Below are positions 32,670 to 35,205 of a DNA stretch of 35,205 bases, piece by piece. The notes under the pieces are model-generated. The model was not told where the DNA came from and made no database searches. It was given only the letters and a program-made list of their open reading frames with translations. The position numbers and the translations under genes were made by a program. How positions within the stretch are numbered: position 1 is the stretch's first letter; every line of letters begins with the position of its first letter. Origin of the DNA: a virus. Location of the stretch: IMG/VR virus record IMGVR_UViG_2881147464_000001, positions 73,453 to 108,657 of that record; one strand, 5' to 3'.

Positions 32670-34049
32670 ATGGGTGTCCCACTCACGGATAAACAATGCC
32701 GCGAGGCAGTCGAAGTTTTTCGAAAATACGGGTCAAAGACAGCATCCGCTCTTGCTCTGGGAATTTTCAGAAGCACGATGGCCAATCGCCTCAACCAAGC
32801 CCAGCGCAGGGGCTTCATCACCGCCAAGGAAATGGCTGAGCCAAACATCAATAAGTCGGCAGAGATATTGGAGCGCGAGGCAAAAAACGCTGCGGCAATC
32901 GAGCACGACGTAAAGGAGTCGCGCGCCGAGCCGACTGTTGATGACCGCATCCGCGAGCGCCGCCTAGAGCAGGAAGTGGCCTCTCTGAAGCGCCGCGAGA
33001 GAGATCTCCTCGACCAGATCATCACGCTTCAGGACGTGCGAGGCACGATCATGCAACTCGCCGACGCGCTCGAAGCGCCAGCGATCATCAGTCCGGCACT
33101 TGGATCAAAGAAGGGGGGCAAGCGAACCTCCATCCTGCATATCTCGGATGTCCATTGCGGCGAGAGTGTCGACCTCTACGAAATGGACGGACTGAATTCA
33201 TATTCGGGCGAGATCTGCAAAGCTCGTATGAATCGCCTGTTCCAAAAAACGGCGTCCCTGCTTACTGAACATTGGAGCGGTGACCCCGTCGAAGAGATCA
33301 TCATCTGTCTCGGCGGCGACATGATCGATGGCAATCTGCGCGAAGAGTCGCGCCGCGGCGGCGCCATGCCTGTCGTGGAAAGTGTAAAATTGGTTTCGGA
33401 ATTGACGGCAGGCGGGATCAAATTCCTCCATCAGGAAGTTGGCGTTCCTGTCCGGGTCTACACCTCGCCCGGCAACCATGCGAGGCTGACACAGAAGCCT
33501 CACGTCAACGAAGGTGCCATCGACAATTGGGACATGATGATCTCATGGTCGATCGAGAAAATTCTAGGCAAACAGGACTGGGCCAAGTTCTACTACACCG
33601 GCTCGGGCGAAGCGCTGTTCAATGTCTATGGCTGGTGGTTCCTGCTCCAGCATGGTCATGAAGGCGTAGGTGGCTCTGGCGGGCTCTATGGGCCCGTCTA
33701 CAAGCAGGTGAGAGGCATGTACAAAACCCATGCCACCTATTCCCGGCGTGGGCGCGGCTTCCACTATGTCCTCGAGGGGCATAACCACACATCGGTCAAG
33801 ATTCCCTTCGGCTTCGCCAACGGGTCGGTGGTCGGGTTCAATCCCTTCGCGGCTCGACAACTGAAGGCCGATCCGGCGCCAGCCTCGCAGAACCTCCTGA
33901 TCGTTGAGGAGCGGCTTGGCGTTATCGCATGGAACGAGCTCTTCCTCGGCGTCCCGGAGGAAGGCACGCTCTATGAGCCGCCTATGATCGAGGAGGGGCG
34001 TCTTGGCAAGCCCGTGATGCGCGTGCGCGCCGGAGGTGCTCGCTCATGA
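32670..34049 (+). CDS. Calcineurin-like metallophosphoesterase with N-terminal HTH and coiled coil (459 aa)
   Basis: ISDVH (DxH), GGDMIDG (GDxxD), PGNH, QHGH and GHNH. N-terminal GSKTASALALGIFRSTMANRL helix-turn-helix. AGGAG RBS. Confidence 0.9.
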   Translation: MGVPLTDKQCREAVEVFRKYGSKTASALALGIFRSTMANRLNQAQRRGFITAKEMAEPNINKSAEILEREAKNAAAIEHDVKESRAEPTVDDRIRERRLEQEVASLKRRERDLLDQIITLQDVRGTIMQLADALEAPAIISPALGSKKGGKRTSILHISDVHCGESVDLYEMDGLNSYSGEICKARMNRLFQKTASLLTEHWSGDPVEEIIICLGGDMIDGNLREESRRGGAMPVVESVKLVSELTAGGIKFLHQEVGVPVRVYTSPGNHARLTQKPHVNEGAIDNWDMMISWSIEKILGKQDWAKFYYTGSGEALFNVYGWWFLLQHGHEGVGGSGGLYGPVYKQVRGMYKTHATYSRRGRGFHYVLEGHNHTSVKIPFGFANGSVVGFNPFAARQLKADPAPASQNLLIVEERLGVIAWNELFLGVPEEGTLYEPPMIEEGRLGKPVMRVRAGGARS

Positions 34050-34594
34050 TGATCGGCCTCACCGGCGCCCGCAATGTCGGCAAGAGCACCGTTGCGAACA
34101 TGCTGGTCGAAAGCTTCGGCTTCCGACGGATCCATGCTTTCGATGGCGGTAAGGCGGCTACGCTGGCGTATTTCATGCATCTCGGGGCAACGTCGACCGA
34201 GGCCAACGAAATGGTCTACGGCAGCCTGAAGGACATCTCGTCCGATCTTCTACCCGGCCGCGCGTCGCCGCGCTTCTTCATGGAAAAATTCGGCCGGTTC
34301 ATGGGAACCACGCTTGGTGTGGAATGGACGCTCGGCACCGAGGTAGATCGACACAAGCGCGCCGACCCGACGGCGAGGCTGATCGCCGAGAGCCTTGTCT
34401 ATGAGGCCGATTGGTTCCGGTCCGCCGGCGGTATCATCATCCGCGTCGAGCGCCCGGGGCATGTCGGGCCCGTTGGGTGCGAGAGCGACGCATTCCAGGC
34501 GGGGATCGCTGAAGACCACAAGCTGATCAACGACGGCAGTCTCACTCAGCTTCGGAAAGCCGTGTCCTATCTCGTGCGCGAGGTGGCACGATGA
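34046..34594 (+). CDS. Deoxynucleoside monophosphate kinase-like P-loop protein
   Basis: IGLTGARNVGKSTVA, SPRFFMEKFG, EADWFRSAGGIIIRVERPG and LINDGSL. Confidence 0.85.
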   Translation: MMIGLTGARNVGKSTVANMLVESFGFRRIHAFDGGKAATLAYFMHLGATSTEANEMVYGSLKDISSDLLPGRASPRFFMEKFGRFMGTTLGVEWTLGTEVDRHKRADPTARLIAESLVYEADWFRSAGGIIIRVERPGHVGPVGCESDAFQAGIAEDHKLINDGSLTQLRKAVSYLVREVAR

Positions 34595-34941
34595 GGACGT
34601 ACCTGGCCGGGCAGATGCGCGGCATTCCCGAATTCAACTATCCAGCCTTTCATGCTGCGGCCGCGAAACTCCGCGCTGAGGGGCATGAAGTGTTCTCGCC
34701 GGCCGAGCGCGACATTGCTCGAGAAGGTAAGGACATCTCCAAGGGCAACGCTGCCGGCTGCGAACTCCTCGCCGCCAAGGAGCACGGCTTTTCGACCCGC
34801 ATCGCGCTCGCCGACGATTGCGACTGGATCTGCCGTCATGCCGAAGCGATCGCGTTACTGCCTGGCTGGGAGCATTCCCGCGGCGCACGCGCCGAGCTCG
34901 CCTTGGCGGAAGCGATCGGACTCGAGGTCATTCATCTTTGA
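34591..34941 (+). CDS. DUF4406 / nucleoside 2-deoxyribosyltransferase-like protein
   Basis: YLAGQMRGIPEFNYPAFHAAAAKLRAEGHEVFSPAE and LLPGWEHSRGARAE. Confidence 0.9.
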   Translation: MRTYLAGQMRGIPEFNYPAFHAAAAKLRAEGHEVFSPAERDIAREGKDISKGNAAGCELLAAKEHGFSTRIALADDCDWICRHAEAIALLPGWEHSRGARAELALAEAIGLEVIHL

Positions 34942-34951
34942 TCGAATCCGC

Positions 34952-34973
34952 GCCCGGCGGTTCCGGGTATTTT
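34952..34973 (+). terminator. Possible weak terminator
   Basis: GCCCGG-cggtt-CCGGGT followed by ATTTT. Confidence 0.3.
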
Positions 34974-34989
34974 GAAAAGGAGAAGACCG

Positions 34990-35205
34990 ATGACGGCCCG
35001 AGTAAGAGCGAAATTCTGTTGCGGCGCGAAGGAAGGCACCACCGTCTTCATGCATGCCGTCTATTCCGAGGACATCCAGTCCGAGAATGGGCGGTTCACG
35101 AAGGCGACCCCATGGGCCGACCTGAAGATGAACGTCGACAATCCCGATGCAGCGATCCAGTTCGAGGTCGGTAAGGAATACTACGTCGACTTCACGCTTG
35201 CCTGA
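34990..35205 (+). CDS. Conserved-type small phage protein (71 aa)
   Basis: AAGGAG RBS; VRAKF..ENGRFTKATP..MNVDNP.A..FEVGKEYYVDFT pattern. Confidence 0.75.
   Translation: MTARVRAKFCCGAKEGTTVFMHAVYSEDIQSENGRFTKATPWADLKMNVDNPDAAIQFEVGKEYYVDFTLA

Larger units (their letters stand above)
1..35205 (+). mobile_element. Late region of an HK97-like long-tailed phage/prophage (both ends truncated by the window)
   Basis: Canonical siphovirus order: terS, terL, portal, protease, capsid, neck, tail tube, chaperones, tape measure, baseplate, fibres, lysis. No integrase or att site is present, so prophage versus free phage cannot be decided. Confidence 0.97.

Noticed and set aside
1-35205. CRISPR array, tRNA/rRNA, IS element, intron/intein, att site
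   Set aside because: No regularly spaced repeats, cloverleaf, transposase, integrase or intein motifs were seen by eye, and intergenic space is minimal.

Overview
The whole window is the late (virion, lysis and accessory) region of a high-GC, HK97-type siphovirus or prophage. Its host is most likely an alphaproteobacterium of the Rhizobiales (Mesorhizobium-like), inferred from RcGTA-like baseplate genes, a rhizobial-style Flp pilin and a CtrA-like box. Almost everything is on the + strand. Gene order: a translationally coupled glycan module running straight into terS (partial GT-B glycosyltransferase, SAM methyltransferase, FAD oxidoreductase, SDR, two GT-A glycosyltransferases); terS, terL, portal, extended prohead protease, major capsid, decoration and neck genes (including a head-closure protein fused to an Ig-like domain and an RcGTA-type head-spike base); tail tube, tail chaperones with a -1 frameshift, a 1421-aa tape measure and a Dit/hub/megatron baseplate without the usual NlpC/P60 gene; five or six fibre/adaptor genes; a lone minus-strand Flp pilin with a CtrA-like box and terminator; a lysis cassette (two holin-like genes, SAR lysozyme, a 32-aa membrane micropeptide, overlapped spanins); and a metallophosphoesterase, dNMP kinase and DUF4406 cluster. 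No integrase, repressor, att site, tRNA, rRNA or CRISPR array was seen. The best candidates for an undescribed system are the glycosylation module in the packaging operon and the phage-borne, CtrA-boxed pilin moron. All family calls come from motif recognition by eye, not database searches.
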